64,000 bases of DNA from Sumerlaeia bacterium. GTDB taxonomy: Bacteria > Sumerlaeota > Sumerlaeia > SLMS01 > JAHLLQ01. Under the pieces are notes generated by a model. The model had not been told where the DNA came from. It searched no databases and saw nothing but the letters and a program-made list of their open reading frames with translations. Position 1 is the stretch's first letter. Every line of letters begins with the position of its first letter. The DNA is taken from contig JAVJSW010000060.1 in NCBI GenBank assembly GCA_040219255.1, forward strand, positions 1 through 64,000, in the 5' to 3' direction. Shown in pieces: positions 47,388-58,077 of this stretch. Position numbers and translations under genes: made by a program.

Positions 47388-50300
47388 CAACTACACCCCG
47401 TCGTCCCCCCGCACGTTTCGCATTTCAGGCAGGTGCCGTTGCGCACGAGGGTGAAGCTGAAGCAGGACGGGCAGGGGTCGCCTTCGTAGCCTTTCAGGCG
47501 GGCGATGCGGATTTGTTCGTCGCGGGTCATGGAGGGCTCCTGGGTGGCGGCCGTCGAGGCGGACGGCGCGGCGGCGGCCTTGGGGCCTTGGGGCTGGCGG
47601 GCGGAGTCGCCGTGGTTCACGGAGGCAGGACTCGGCGAGCCGGGGCGGAAGTGCTCGCTGACTGGCGGGCGGGCTTCCGAAGGCCGCGGCGTGTCGATGG
47701 AGACGACCCGTTCGCTGACGAATTCTTCGCCGTCGAAGTCCGGCGCGGCCTGGGCCGCCGAGCCCATGGCGTCGTGGCGCAGGTCCTCGGGGCTGACGTG
47801 GGCCAGATCGTAGCGGCCCAGGTAGCTGATCGCCAGCTCGCGGAAAATGTAGTCGATGATCGACGTCGAGCGTTTGATGTGCGGGTTGCCGCGGACGACG
47901 CCGCTGGGCTCGAAGCGCGTGAAGACGAAGCTCTCGACAAACTTCTCCAGCGGCACGCCGTGCTGCAAACCCATGCTGACGGAAATGGCGAAGCAGTTCA
48001 TCAGGCTGCGGAAGGCGGCGCCTTCTTTGTGCATATCCACGAAGATTTCGCCCAGGCTGCCGTCCTCGTATTCGCCGGTGCGCAGGAAGACCTTGTGGCT
48101 GCCGATGACGGCGCGCTGGGTATAGCCGCTGCGGCGTTCGGGCAGCCGGCGCCGGCGGCTGATGTAGCGGTAAATCAGGCGCTCGGCGATCTGCTGGGGC
48201 GAGGCGTCGGCGGTGATGGGCGCGAGCGATTCCTCGGCCACTTCCTCCGCCTCTTCCTCGTCGAGGAAGGCGAGGTCGCTGGCGGAAATGTTGAGCGGCT
48301 GGCTGAGCTTCGAGCCGTCGCGATAGAGCGCGACGGCTTTGGTCATCAGCTTCCACGCCGACATGTAGGCGTTCTTGATGTCGTCCACGCCGACTTCGTT
48401 GGGCATGTTGATGGTCTTGCTGATGGCGCCGCTGATAAAGGGCTGGGCCGCGGCCATCATCTTGATATGGCTGGGATAGGACAGGAAGCGCTTGCCGTAC
48501 TTGCCGCATTTGTTCGCGCAATCGAACACCGGCAGGTGCTCGTCGCGCAGCTCGGGTGAGCCTTCGACGGTCATGCGGCCGCAGATGTGATCGTTGGCGG
48601 CGGCGATTTCTTCCTTCGTAAAGCCAATGCCCTCAAGGACGCTGAAGCTCCAGTCGTTGAGCTGCTCGTCGCTCAGGTGCAGGTACTTGCGGCAGTTCTC
48701 CTCGCCCAGCGTCCACTTGTTGAACACGAAGGCGATGTCGAACGCCCCGTGCAATTGGGCCTCGACGGCGTCGAGCATGGCGGGCGTGAAGCCTTTTTCC
48801 TCCAGCGTGGCGCGATTGACGAAGGGCGCGCCCTCCAGCGTCAGCGACCCCCGCGCGAAAGCGATGATGCGGTCGATCTGGCGGTCGGTATAACCCAGGT
48901 GGCGCAGCGCCGCGGGCACGCTCTGGTTGATGATTTTGAAGTACCCGCCACCGGCCAGCTTCTTGAACTTCACCAGGGCGAAGTCGGGTTCGATGCCGGT
49001 GGTGTCGCAATCCATGACGAGGCCGATGGTGTTGTGAGAAATGAACCCGTTGGCGATGTAGGTGACGTTCTCCGGCACGGAAATGTCGTAGGTCAGTTGC
49101 TCGCCGCCGTCTTCGTTTGTGGCGACGGCGTCGTAGAAGAATTGCAGCGCATGGCCGAGGCGCGGGTCGCCGCTCTCGCGGTAGAGGGTTTCCGCCGCGC
49201 GGCGCGTGATGGCGCCGCCGTGGCGCTTGCGCGCGAGGGCGATGGCGTTCTTCAGCCCGGCGCCGGCGGCCACCGGCGCCAGCTCTTCCAGGACCTCGGG
49301 GGCGACGAAAACGTAGTCTTTGCGCGCGGCTTGTTCGTTGTCGGCGGAGCGCACGGCGGCGGACTTGCGTTGGCCCATGAATCCGATCCAGCGCTGGAAC
49401 GCCGCGTTGTAGGACAGGTTGCGCAGGCGGCTGACGAACAGATCGCTCTGGCCCCAGCCGCTCGTGTCCACCTTGGTGGTCGTCGGCAGGCCGAGCGTCA
49501 GCAACAGCGTCTTCACCTCTTCGCAGAACTCGCGGTGCGACGTGCTCCAGCACGGAACGTCCTGGGTCACGGTGCCATCGGCCTCATAGAGCCCGCGCAG
49601 GAACGCGCCGTAAACCAACGGATCGTTCGCGCCCAGCACGGCATCGGGGATGCGGGGCAGGTAGCCTTTGCCGGAATGGCCGGCGCTGGGGGCGGCCTTG
49701 GTGAACCCGCAGGCTTCCCACCAGAGCGTCAGCGGCACGCTGTGCAGCGAAACGCCGGTGTAGCCCTTTTCCTGGGTCACGATGGCGTCCAGGTTGAAGA
49801 GGCTCTTGGCGAGGGCGCAGAGGCGCTCGGCGACGTCCCTGTCCCCGGGCGCGACGCACAGGCGCAGGCCCTTGGCGTGGAGCGACCCATCGCCCATGAA
49901 GTACCCGACGAATTCCGCCAGATCGGCCGACATGTGGCGCGGCACGCGCGTCGTGTAATCGCCGGTCCAGTATTCCTCGCCCAGCGGCGGCAGGTTCACC
50001 GCCACCGGATCGCCCGCCAGCGCCCCCATCATCAGAGGCACCACATCGCCCGGCTGCACGTCGGCGAACCGGCGCCAGACGTGCTCGCCGGTGGCGGCGT
50101 CCACGACTTTGATGCGGTGCTTCAGGGTGCCCTGAATCGCGTAACCGGCGTCGGTGCGCAGGCGCCGCGTGTCCTCGACGCCGTTGACGAAGAACTTCGT
50201 GGCGTCGCGCTCGCCTTCGTCGGTCATGACGCTGAAGTCCGCGTCCTGCCAGCGGTCGCCGTTCACATCGCCGAGACGATTCAGCCGCATCAGGCCGCGA

Positions 50301-53300
50301 TTGGTCGAAACCATCGATCCCGCCACCAGGCATCCTGTCGGCGCGATCACCGTGGTCTGCGCGTTCCGGTATCCGTGCCGCTCGCCCATGTCCAGGGCCT
50401 GGTCCCAGGCTTCGCGGGCGGCTTCCAGGAGGGGGGCGGGGCAGTGCTCCGCCGCGATGCCCATGGGCGTCACGGTCAGGTCCTCGTAATCCGAGGTGTG
50501 GGCGTCGTAGGCGGCGCGGCGGTGGTTGCGCATGACGCGAAGCATGGGCTCGCGGTTGGGGGCGAAGCTGGGGAAGGGGCCCTTCTCGGCGGCGATTTCG
50601 GCGCTCGTGGCGTAGGACGTGCCGGTCATCAGCGACGTGATCGCGCCGCAGACGGCGAGGCCCTGGGGGCTGTCGTAGGGAATGCCGCTGACCATCAGCA
50701 GCGTCCCCAGATTCGCGTAGCCCAGGCCCAGCGTGCGGAACTCATAGGACAGGCGGGCGATGTGCTCGCTCGGGAATTGGGCCATCATCACGCTGATTTC
50801 CAGCGTCAACGTCCACAGCCGGCAGCCGTGGCGGAAGTCCTCGATGGCGAAGGCGCCGGTTTCCGGATCGCGGAATTTCATCAGGTTGAGCGACGCGAGG
50901 TTGCAGGCGGTGTCGTCGAGGAACATGTACTCCGAGCAATTGTGAACCACGATGCCGTTGGCGACGAAGTGGCTGGAGACGGGCTCGGTGAGGTCGAAAA
51001 CGTCCTCGGTGCCGCAGGGGGTGAGGGAGGCGACGCGGTCGTAAGGCTTGTCTTCGTAGGCTCTCACGGTGGCATTCAGCTCTTTCAGGCGCGCGTTCTT
51101 TTCACTGCCTTCCAGGAAGCCGATTTGCTCCTGGAAAACGACACGCGAGGACCGCGAAATCCGCATCGAATGCATTTGCGCGACCGCGTATTCCTTCAGC
51201 CCGCCCTTACCATCGGGCAGAAGTGCGGTCTCCTGACCGAGGGCGCGGCGGTTCTCGTAGATCTTGGCCTTGATGCCAAAACCGAGCAGAATCATTTGGA
51301 CTTGGCGCAGCAACTCCAGGCTCGTGCTGTCGAGCGCCACGTACTGGCTTTTGTCGCCATAATTCGCGACAGTGCCATCGGCCGTGAAGAGGCCCCGCAG
51401 AATGGCGGCCTGGCTGATGCTGTCGAGGGCGTAAACCTGATCGGTGAAAGCCTTGGCGGCGGAGCCTTGATCGAGGTGGGCGTACTTGCGCAATTCCTTC
51501 AGCACCGCGCTCACCGACGTTCCGACGCGCAGGCCAGTCTCCGTCTTGGTGATGAGGGCCTGTCGCACTCCGCGCTGATCGCCGGTGCTCAAGGTTTCCT
51601 TTGCCTCGCTCAGCGCGGCGTTCAGGTGGGCCGCGACCCGCTCTTCCGCCTCGCCGACGGTCAGGAACAGGAACTCCTGGCCTTTCGCGCCGGTGGTGAT
51701 GCAGCCATCGCCGACCGCGGCACCGAGCACCTCGCCTAGGCAAACCGGCAGCGCCTCCCTTCCAAACCCGCTCCCCTCCAGAATCACCCGGTCATCCGCC
51801 GTCAGCTCGCACGCCGGCACATCGCCGCGGTTCGCTGTCAGGACCTTGTGGTCGGCGGTCAGGCGGAGGCGATAGCCGCTCGCCGTCTTCAATTCGTAGA
51901 TCGGCTTGTGGCCCGTGGGGAAAATCTTGTCCACCCAGACCGCGTCGCCGTTGCCGTTGATGATTTCCGCGCGCTCGCCCACCATGTCGGCGATGCGGCG
52001 CAGACCGCTCGTGGTGGCGACGAGGGTGTCGCCGGTGACGCACGGGTTACTCGCATTGATCCGCCCGCTCGCCGGGCAGGTGTGCCATTCGTTGATGGTG
52101 GTGTCGTACTGCACGCCGGGATCGGCGCAGGACCACGCGGCGTAGGCGACTTTGTCCCACAGCTCCCCAGCCGGGACGGTGCGCGCCGTTTTGCCGTTCG
52201 TGCGGTTGATCAGCGCCCAGTCCGTCTCCGCTTCCACCGCTTCCAGGAAGGCGTTCGAGAGGCGGACGCTGTTGTTGCTGTTCTGGCCCGACACCGTGAA
52301 GTACGCTTCCGAGTCCCACCCCGTGTCGTACTCCTGGAATTCGAGCTTGGTGTAGCCCTCGCGGGCCAATTGGATGACGCGCTGGATGTAATTGTCCGGC
52401 ACTCCAGCGTCGCGGGCGTCGCGCACGGCGCGGCGCAGAACCTTGTTCTCGCGGGGGTTGTAATTGTCGCCGAAGAGATCCGCGTCGGCGTCGTTGCACG
52501 CCGTCATGACGGCGTTCAGGTGGCGGTTGCACAGGCGCGAGCCGCTGACCAGGGCGGCGACCTTTTGCTCCTCGCGGACCTTCCAGTCGATGAAGGCTTC
52601 GACATCCGGATGGTCGATATCCAGGACCACCATCTTGGCGGCGCGGCGGGTCGTGCCGCCACTCTTGATGGCCCCGGCGGCGCGGTCGCCGATTTTCAGG
52701 AAACTCATCAGCCCACTGGACTTGCCGCCGCCCGAGAGCGGTTCGCCCTCGCCGCGGATGCGCGAGAAATTCGACCCCGTGCCCGACCCGTACTTGAACA
52801 CCCGCGCCTCACGCGTCCACAGGTCCATGATGCCGCCGTCGTTGACGAGGTCGTCATCCACCGATTGGATGAAGCAGTTGTGGACGAGGATGCCGTTGGC
52901 AAGGAAATAGTGGTCAGCCGTGGTCAGATCATAGACCTCGTGCTCACCATCCAACTCCAATATACCTCTAACCTGTCGAACAGTGAAGTCTTCAGAAATG
53001 TCCTCATAGCCGGAGATTTCTTGACCAAAGTATAGATTTCTGGTATTTCGCAAATACTTTGCAGCGCACAAATAGTGGCCCACTTGCAGCGACTTTGCTT
53101 GGCAATCGTGGCGTACGTTATTTTCATAGGTCTGAACCACGTGGTCGTGAGTGACTCTTACCTTGCCAAAGTTTTCTGTTGCTATAACTTCATGAGAAAA
53201 TGTTATTTCAACAAGCCGCTTCTTTGTAGGTTGCTTGACTACGTATCTAATATCTTGGAGCACCCGCTGATCACGAGAAGCTATTTTGTATTTGCCAATT

Positions 53301-54055
53301 GGCAGTTTGATGCCTCCTTTTTCATCTACATGAGTTGAATGCTCTTGAACGCAATAAGCATAAAACTGATCTATGCGAATTCCACTGTGCTCGGCGGTCG
53401 AATCATCTTCGGCTCTCAGTTGCTCCCAACGTGAAGAGTTAGTGGGCTGAACATATATCTGTACATACGTATCCCCCGCCACACACGCGTGCGGCTGCGG
53501 GTGCTCGTAGGCGTTCGCCGACTTCTCCAACTCGCCCGTGAAGGGATTGACGAAGCTGTGGCCTTGGGCCGGGCCGGTGATGCCGTAGGCCCAGTGGAGC
53601 CCCGTGTTGAACCATTGGGGCGAGTTCGGCGCCGCCTTCTGAGCCGCCAGCATGTGGCACATTTCGTCGTAGTAGGCGCGGGCGTCGGCTTCGGAGGCGA
53701 AGTAGCCGCCGCGCCAACCCCAATAGGTCCAGCAGCCCGCGAGGCGATGGAAGACGGCGCGGGCGTCGCGCTCGCCGCCCATGGCGGTGCCGGGGGCGGG
53801 CACGCGGCGTTGCAGCCATTCGGGCACGCCGTCCTCGGCCACGGGCACCGATTCGGCGGGGATGCCGGCTTTGCGGAAATACTTCTGGGCCAGGATGTCG
53901 ACGGCGATCTGGCTCCAATGATCGGGCACGGCGATGTCCTTGGCCTCGAACACCACCGAGCCGTCGGGGTTCACGATGCGGCTGGTGCGGGTGGAGAAGG
54001 GAATGGCGGCGTAGGGGTCGTTACCGGCGTGGGTGAAGCGGCGGGTGATGTTCAT
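47387..54055 (-). CDS. nrdJ: Class II (B12-dependent) ribonucleotide reductase with three inteins
   Basis: [65 protein letters not shown] domain and C-terminal Zn ribbon. Confidence 0.96.
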   Translation of the reverse strand: MNITRRFTHAGNDPYAAIPFSTRTSRIVNPDGSVVFEAKDIAVPDHWSQIAVDILAQKYFRKAGIPAESVPVAEDGVPEWLQRRVPAPGTAMGGERDARAVFHRLAGCWTYWGWRGGYFASEADARAYYDEMCHMLAAQKAAPNSPQWFNTGLHWAYGITGPAQGHSFVNPFTGELEKSANAYEHPQPHACVAGDTYVQIYVQPTNSSRWEQLRAEDDSTAEHSGIRIDQFYAYCVQEHSTHVDEKGGIKLPIGKYKIASRDQRVLQDIRYVVKQPTKKRLVEITFSHEVIATENFGKVRVTHDHVVQTYENNVRHDCQAKSLQVGHYLCAAKYLRNTRNLYFGQEISGYEDISEDFTVRQVRGILELDGEHEVYDLTTADHYFLANGILVHNCFIQSVDDDLVNDGGIMDLWTREARVFKYGSGTGSNFSRIRGEGEPLSGGGKSSGLMSFLKIGDRAAGAIKSGGTTRRAAKMVVLDIDHPDVEAFIDWKVREEQKVAALVSGSRLCNRHLNAVMTACNDADADLFGDNYNPRENKVLRRAVRDARDAGVPDNYIQRVIQLAREGYTKLEFQEYDTGWDSEAYFTVSGQNSNNSVRLSNAFLEAVEAETDWALINRTNGKTARTVPAGELWDKVAYAAWSCADPGVQYDTTINEWHTCPASGRINASNPCVTGDTLVATTSGLRRIADMVGERAEIINGNGDAVWVDKIFPTGHKPIYELKTASGYRLRLTADHKVLTANRGDVPACELTADDRVILEGSGFGREALPVCLGEVLGAAVGDGCITTGAKGQEFLFLTVGEAEERVAAHLNAALSEAKETLSTGDQRGVRQALITKTETGLRVGTSVSAVLKELRKYAHLDQGSAAKAFTDQVYALDSISQAAILRGLFTADGTVANYGDKSQYVALDSTSLELLRQVQMILLGFGIKAKIYENRRALGQETALLPDGKGGLKEYAVAQMHSMRISRSSRVVFQEQIGFLEGSEKNARLKELNATVRAYEDKPYDRVASLTPCGTEDVFDLTEPVSSHFVANGIVVHNCSEYMFLDDTACNLASLNLMKFRDPETGAFAIEDFRHGCRLWTLTLEISVMMAQFPSEHIARLSYEFRTLGLGYANLGTLLMVSGIPYDSPQGLAVCGAITSLMTGTSYATSAEIAAEKGPFPSFAPNREPMLRVMRNHRRAAYDAHTSDYEDLTVTPMGIAAEHCPAPLLEAAREAWDQALDMGERHGYRNAQTTVIAPTGCLVAGSMVSTNRGLMRLNRLGDVNGDRWQDADFSVMTDEGERDATKFFVNGVEDTRRLRTDAGYAIQGTLKHRIKVVDAATGEHVWRRFADVQPGDVVPLMMGALAGDPVAVNLPPLGEEYWTGDYTTRVPRHMSADLAEFVGYFMGDGSLHAKGLRLCVAPGDRDVAERLCALAKSLFNLDAIVTQEKGYTGVSLHSVPLTLWWEACGFTKAAPSAGHSGKGYLPRIPDAVLGANDPLVYGAFLRGLYEADGTVTQDVPCWSTSHREFCEEVKTLLLTLGLPTTTKVDTSGWGQSDLFVSRLRNLSYNAAFQRWIGFMGQRKSAAVRSADNEQAARKDYVFVAPEVLEELAPVAAGAGLKNAIALARKRHGGAITRRAAETLYRESGDPRLGHALQFFYDAVATNEDGGEQLTYDISVPENVTYIANGFISHNTIGLVMDCDTTGIEPDFALVKFKKLAGGGYFKIINQSVPAALRHLGYTDRQIDRIIAFARGSLTLEGAPFVNRATLEEKGFTPAMLDAVEAQLHGAFDIAFVFNKWTLGEENCRKYLHLSDEQLNDWSFSVLEGIGFTKEEIAAANDHICGRMTVEGSPELRDEHLPVFDCANKCGKYGKRFLSYPSHIKMMAAAQPFISGAISKTINMPNEVGVDDIKNAYMSAWKLMTKAVALYRDGSKLSQPLNISASDLAFLDEEEAEEVAEESLAPITADASPQQIAERLIYRYISRRRRLPERRSGYTQRAVIGSHKVFLRTGEYEDGSLGEIFVDMHKEGAAFRSLMNCFAISVSMGLQHGVPLEKFVESFVFTRFEPSGVVRGNPHIKRSTSIIDYIFRELAISYLGRYDLAHVSPEDLRHDAMGSAAQAAPDFDGEEFVSERVVSIDTPRPSEARPPVSEHFRPGSPSPASVNHGDSARQPQGPKAAAAPSASTAATQEPSMTRDEQIRIARLKGYEGDPCPSCFSFTLVRNGTCLKCETCGGTTGCS
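49031..50332 (-). mobile_element. Intein 3 (434 aa) with LAGLIDADG endonuclease, inserted at APTG|TIG
   Basis: CLVAGS...ANGFISHN followed by Thr; FVGYFMGDG and [10 protein letters not shown] motifs. Confidence 0.95.
50939..52042 (-). mobile_element. Intein 2 (368 aa) with LAGLIDADG endonuclease, inserted at SNP|CSE
   Basis: CVTGDT...LTADH...ANGIVVHN followed by Cys; LGAAVGDG and LRGLFTADG motifs. Confidence 0.95.
52877..53485 (-). mobile_element. Intein 1 (203 aa) mini-intein without endonuclease, inserted at QPHA|CFIQ
   Basis: CVAGDT...VTHDH...VYDLT...ANGILVHN followed by Cys; AT-rich. Confidence 0.92.
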
Positions 54056-54266
54056 GGTCGGGGTCCTTGCGGCGGAGTGGGAGTGGATCGGAGCGGCGTG
54101 CGGGGACGGCCATGCCTTCGCTTTTCGTTCGTCGAGGCCAATGGGCCTCCGGCGGCTGGTTTGGCGGCGGAAGTTCCCATTTGGTTTTTGGAAAAGAGGG
54201 GAGGGATACCCCGGACTTTTCCACAGCTTCCAGCAAAATCGGCACAACGCGGGGATCAGACGCGTT

Positions 54267-54313
54267 CCCCTAGATGTTGTACCGTGGTTGTGTAGAAGCG
54301 CTAGATATGGCGA
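54267..54313. promoter_or_regulatory. Tandem NrdR boxes upstream of nrdJ
   Basis: CCCCTAGATGTTGTAC and GCGCTAGATATGGCGA, with CTAGAT cores 31 bp apart. Confidence 0.78.
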
Positions 54314-54647
54314 CTGCTGCAAACAAAAAAACGCCTCGCCAGCAACCCGAGTGAACTCAGAGGGATGGCGTTTTTTCGGATTTCCGATAGAAATGGTGTG
54401 GAAAACTGGAAGCCTTGAAATCCTTCGCTTTGCCGCCCAAGCCAGCGGACCGCCCGGCTTCTGTCAAGGAGCAATAAATTTCCGATTTTTGGAACGTGAG
54501 GGACCGCGACGGGGGGCCGGCCGCCGTGGCCACGACCGGCGGCGCCATTTCTTCAAGAGCCAACCTTCCTCCCACGCCCCCGCAAGTCCGCTCAAACCGG
54601 AAACCCGGAGCCGCCGAACTCAACGGCCCCGGTCTTTCAAGAGACGC

Positions 54648-54681
54648 CGCGGGTCACGGGCGGGACGCCCGTGTTACCTTT
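54648..54681. repeat. REP-like palindrome, same family as 28588-28620
   Basis: Reverse complement AAAGGTAACACGGGCGTCCCGCCCGTGACCCGC matches the 28588 copy with one mismatch. Confidence 0.75.
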
Positions 54682-56440
54682 CGGCTTCCAAGTCGTGGGG
54701 CGCCAGTCGTCCCTCCGCCCAGGCCACCAGCCGCTCCTTGCGCCACGTGACGACGACCGCCACCGCGAACACCGCCAGCGCCGCCGCCACCATCAGCAGC
54801 GACGCCGGGACCTCGCGGACGAGGCGCCACGTTCCCCAGCCCGCCACGAGCAGTGCCTGCGCCGCGCCGGCCGTCTTCAGCGCCATCTCGTGGCGCCAGA
54901 ATCCGATGACGAGGAACCCGGCGATTTCCGCCGCCAGGAACAGGCCGCCGACCCAGCCGGGGTGCGCCGCCGCCTGCCACAACCCCAGCCCCGCCAGGAC
55001 CCAGGCCCCGCACCATCGCTCGGCGTCCGGGCGGTCTTGGAACACGAACAGGTCCATCAGCAGGTAAATCGCCAGCGCCGCCTGCATCAGCTCGGGAATG
55101 TGGGTCCGGTACGGCCCCGGCAGCCATGAGCCCGCCAGGAAAACCGTCAGCCACGCCGCGCCGGTCCAGGCCCAGAACGTCTGCCGGAACGCCGCCACCG
55201 CCAGCCACAGGACCCACACGCCCCAGACCAGGGCCAGCGGATGGCCCACGACCCACAGGAACACGCGCTCGAGGGCATCGATCACCACCGCCCACGTAAA
55301 GCCTGCCGCCCCAGTCGTGTACAAACCACCCACGACCGCTAGCCCACCCAGGACCGCGAGGCGCTTGAGGAACAGCGTCTCGCGCCAGCGCAGCCACCCC
55401 GCGATGTACGTGACGCAGACCGCCGCTCCGCACGCGATCAGCGGCAGACTGCCGGCCAGCACCGGCGGCGCGGCCAGGGCGCTGTGGCTCGACATCTTGC
55501 CTGTCACGTCATAGGGCCCGCCCGAGACGATCAATGCCCCGACCGCCAGCGCGTCCAACGCGAACACGCGCCCGGCGAGACCTTCGCGATCGCGGGCCGT
55601 GTTCACCAGGAACCAACCGAGCCCCAGCAGCGCCGGCGCCACATAGAGCGCGTAGAAGTAGATGTCGTGGATCTTCGCCGACTCGACGTGGTGGGCGATC
55701 ATCAGGGCGAAGGGCACCAGAGCGATCCAGCGCGGCAGCCACCATTGCTGGGCCCTGGTGGCGTAATCGGGGCGGCCGTCGCCGATCTTGAGAACGCCGG
55801 TCAGTGCCGGCATCGCCAGCATGTAAAGCAAAGGAATCCAACCGATGGCGTAGTAATACTCGACCCGCGGGAATTCGCGGCCGCGGTTCAGGGACTCGGG
55901 CAGCAGATAGATGAACGCCGCCGCCATCACAAAGCCGAGGAACGCCCTCGGCGACAGCCGCAACTTCACCAGCATCATCAGGATGAAAAGTTTCAGCGGC
56001 GCCGCCAGGAAGCAGAACACCGCCCAGCGCAGCGTGTCGCCCCGCTCGAAGGTCAGCAGCGCGTTGGCGAAAAAGGTGGGGTCGAGAAGGAGCAGCACCT
56101 CGATCTGAAAGAGCACGTAGGCGTCACTCAGCTTGCGGAATCGCCGCACGATGGCGATGGCTGTCGCGATGACCAGCAATTCGTACAGGTGCAGGATGCT
56201 CATGGCCTGCAACGTCGGCCCCGGGTCCTGGTTCTCGAACGTCGTGGCGGCCATGATCTTGTAGCAGCCGACGATGATCAGCAGGGCGCTGATGGGGTAG
56301 AACACGTTCTGGCGCAGGGCTTCCGCCGTGGATTTCCAGAACAGTTCGCGGACGTTCGAGGGCGGCGGGGCTTGGGGCTGGAAGACGGTGGAAGTGGGGT
56401 CTGGGGGGAATTCGGAGGCGGGAGAATTCGTTGTGCTCAT
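54674..56440 (-). CDS. Hypothetical polytopic membrane protein
   Basis: 588-aa ORF with many TM segments; GGAG RBS. Confidence 0.75.
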   Translation of the reverse strand: MSTTNSPASEFPPDPTSTVFQPQAPPPSNVRELFWKSTAEALRQNVFYPISALLIIVGCYKIMAATTFENQDPGPTLQAMSILHLYELLVIATAIAIVRRFRKLSDAYVLFQIEVLLLLDPTFFANALLTFERGDTLRWAVFCFLAAPLKLFILMMLVKLRLSPRAFLGFVMAAAFIYLLPESLNRGREFPRVEYYYAIGWIPLLYMLAMPALTGVLKIGDGRPDYATRAQQWWLPRWIALVPFALMIAHHVESAKIHDIYFYALYVAPALLGLGWFLVNTARDREGLAGRVFALDALAVGALIVSGGPYDVTGKMSSHSALAAPPVLAGSLPLIACGAAVCVTYIAGWLRWRETLFLKRLAVLGGLAVVGGLYTTGAAGFTWAVVIDALERVFLWVVGHPLALVWGVWVLWLAVAAFRQTFWAWTGAAWLTVFLAGSWLPGPYRTHIPELMQAALAIYLLMDLFVFQDRPDAERWCGAWVLAGLGLWQAAAHPGWVGGLFLAAEIAGFLVIGFWRHEMALKTAGAAQALLVAGWGTWRLVREVPASLLMVAAALAVFAVAVVVTWRKERLVAWAEGRLAPHDLEAER

Positions 56441-56557
56441 CGGGGGGAACTCCTACGGTTGGGGTCGAGGGTTCGGAGCCATTTACCGAGGTGGGTATTT
56501 TCCTGCCGCATCGGTGCAACGAAACCGGACGTGTCTGCATCGCGGAGGCGGGGTTGA

Positions 56558-57664
56558 ATGACTTCAGGGATAAATAAATCACGGATCGGGCCAGATTACG
56601 CCCCGGAGCCACCGCCCGCGTCGAATTCCGCGCCGCGCTATGTAATCTTCTTCACAGGCCTTACCGCCGCCGCTTCGGCGATCCTTGCGGCGGCCTATCT
56701 TATCGTTAGCGACCGCACCGCCTGGGGCGAGTTCCTGACGATCTGGCCGCCGGTGCTGTGGCTGTTCGGCTTGCTGCCGCTGGCGTTGCTTTCGTGCCAC
56801 CGGCGCCGCGGACGCCTCGGTGTTCTCGCTTTCGCCTGTCCGATCCTGTTCCTCGCCCTCGCCGGCGAGTGGCGGTCTTTAGTGAATCTTGTCTATTTTG
56901 CTCCCGAAGCGCCTTTTGTCTTACAAGTCGGGACATGGAACATGGGTTCGGGGTACAGTGATTCCACCAAACAGCTCCGCGAAATGGCGGCACACGAGGT
57001 GGACCTATGGCTCTTACAGGAAACTCCCGATCATTCCGATGCGTTCAGCTCGGAAACCCTGACCCAGGCTGGCTTGGCCGGCTTTCACGCGATCGACGCG
57101 GGCGATTGCGCGGTGCTCTCGCGCTGGCCGGTGCGGCGGCTCGAGAGCCAGCGCGTTGGCCCATGGGAGGCGCCGCTCGCCGTGGCGGTGGATCTGTCCG
57201 CCAGCCGGACGCTGGTGGTCGTGAACGCGCGGCTGATGCTGCCCTCGCTCGAACTCAACCCATTTTCATCGCGCGCGAGGGACCGCCTCGCCGCGGACCA
57301 TGCCCAGCGCATCGCCCAATTCCCCCGCCTGGTGGAGTTGGCGAACCGTCACGCCGAAAAGGAAAACGCCCAGGCGGCGATCGTGGGCGGCGATTTCAAC
57401 ACGCCGGGCCGCATGTGGTCCGTGCGCGCCCCCCTGCGCGGCGCGGGTTTCCGCGATGTCTGGCGCGAGGCCGGCGCGGGCTGGCCCGGCACCATGACCG
57501 CCGATTTTCCCGTGGCCCGCATCGACCAGCTCTGGGCGCGGGGTGCCCTGCGCCCCACGCTCGCCCGCGTCCACCCGGCCGATGGCCTCTCCGACCACCG
57601 CCCGCTGCTCGCCGAGCTTGCCTGGGAGGGCGAAACCTCGGCATCCCCCGCGCCCCAGCGGTGA
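56558..57664 (+). CDS. Membrane-anchored endonuclease/exonuclease/phosphatase (EEP) protein
   Basis: TWN, LQE, LSRWP, GGDFNTP, RIDQ, SDHRP motifs. Confidence 0.88.
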   Translation: MTSGINKSRIGPDYAPEPPPASNSAPRYVIFFTGLTAAASAILAAAYLIVSDRTAWGEFLTIWPPVLWLFGLLPLALLSCHRRRGRLGVLAFACPILFLALAGEWRSLVNLVYFAPEAPFVLQVGTWNMGSGYSDSTKQLREMAAHEVDLWLLQETPDHSDAFSSETLTQAGLAGFHAIDAGDCAVLSRWPVRRLESQRVGPWEAPLAVAVDLSASRTLVVVNARLMLPSLELNPFSSRARDRLAADHAQRIAQFPRLVELANRHAEKENAQAAIVGGDFNTPGRMWSVRAPLRGAGFRDVWREAGAGWPGTMTADFPVARIDQLWARGALRPTLARVHPADGLSDHRPLLAELAWEGETSASPAPQR

Positions 57665-57741
57665 TTTAATCGAGCCCCCGCCGCCCCAGTCCGAAAACCC
57701 GCTTGTTCTCGCGCGGTCGAATCAGGCAGGACTGCGGCGCT

Positions 57742-58077
57742 ATGGCGACGGAACGGTTCTCTACACTGCCGAAGGGCGACGACGTGCGATGGGTGACGCT
57801 GCCGGTGACTCTACCGGCGGAGTGCATCCAACGCGTCTGCGTTCTGATGGAAGGCTACGACAACCTGGCCGTCGTCCGCACGCCGGTTCCCGGCGTGGGC
57901 CTGCTGCACGTTTACGTGTGGAGCGGCCACGAAGCCCTTGCGCGGCGGGTCCTGGCGGACATCGGCCGCGAATTTCCCCTCCACATCGGCGAAGCCATCG
58001 CCGGCATGGTGGGCCAGGATGAAACCTGGATCGATCACGACAAGAAGCCGAACCGATCGGCTGCGGATACCCCATGA
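57742..58077 (+). CDS. DUF4911-like small protein
   Basis: LMEGYDNLAVVRT motif. Confidence 0.6.
   Translation: MATERFSTLPKGDDVRWVTLPVTLPAECIQRVCVLMEGYDNLAVVRTPVPGVGLLHVYVWSGHEALARRVLADIGREFPLHIGEAIAGMVGQDETWIDHDKKPNRSAADTP

Noticed and set aside
48587-51739. Long antisense ORFs (1050 aa here; also 8398-10467, 11453-14074, 21710-23722, 28732-30660)
   Set aside because: Shadow frames of well-supported genes with no recognisable motifs.
54056-54650. Cobalamin riboswitch upstream of nrdJ
   Set aside because: No B12-box or core motifs recognised; the NrdR boxes explain the regulation.
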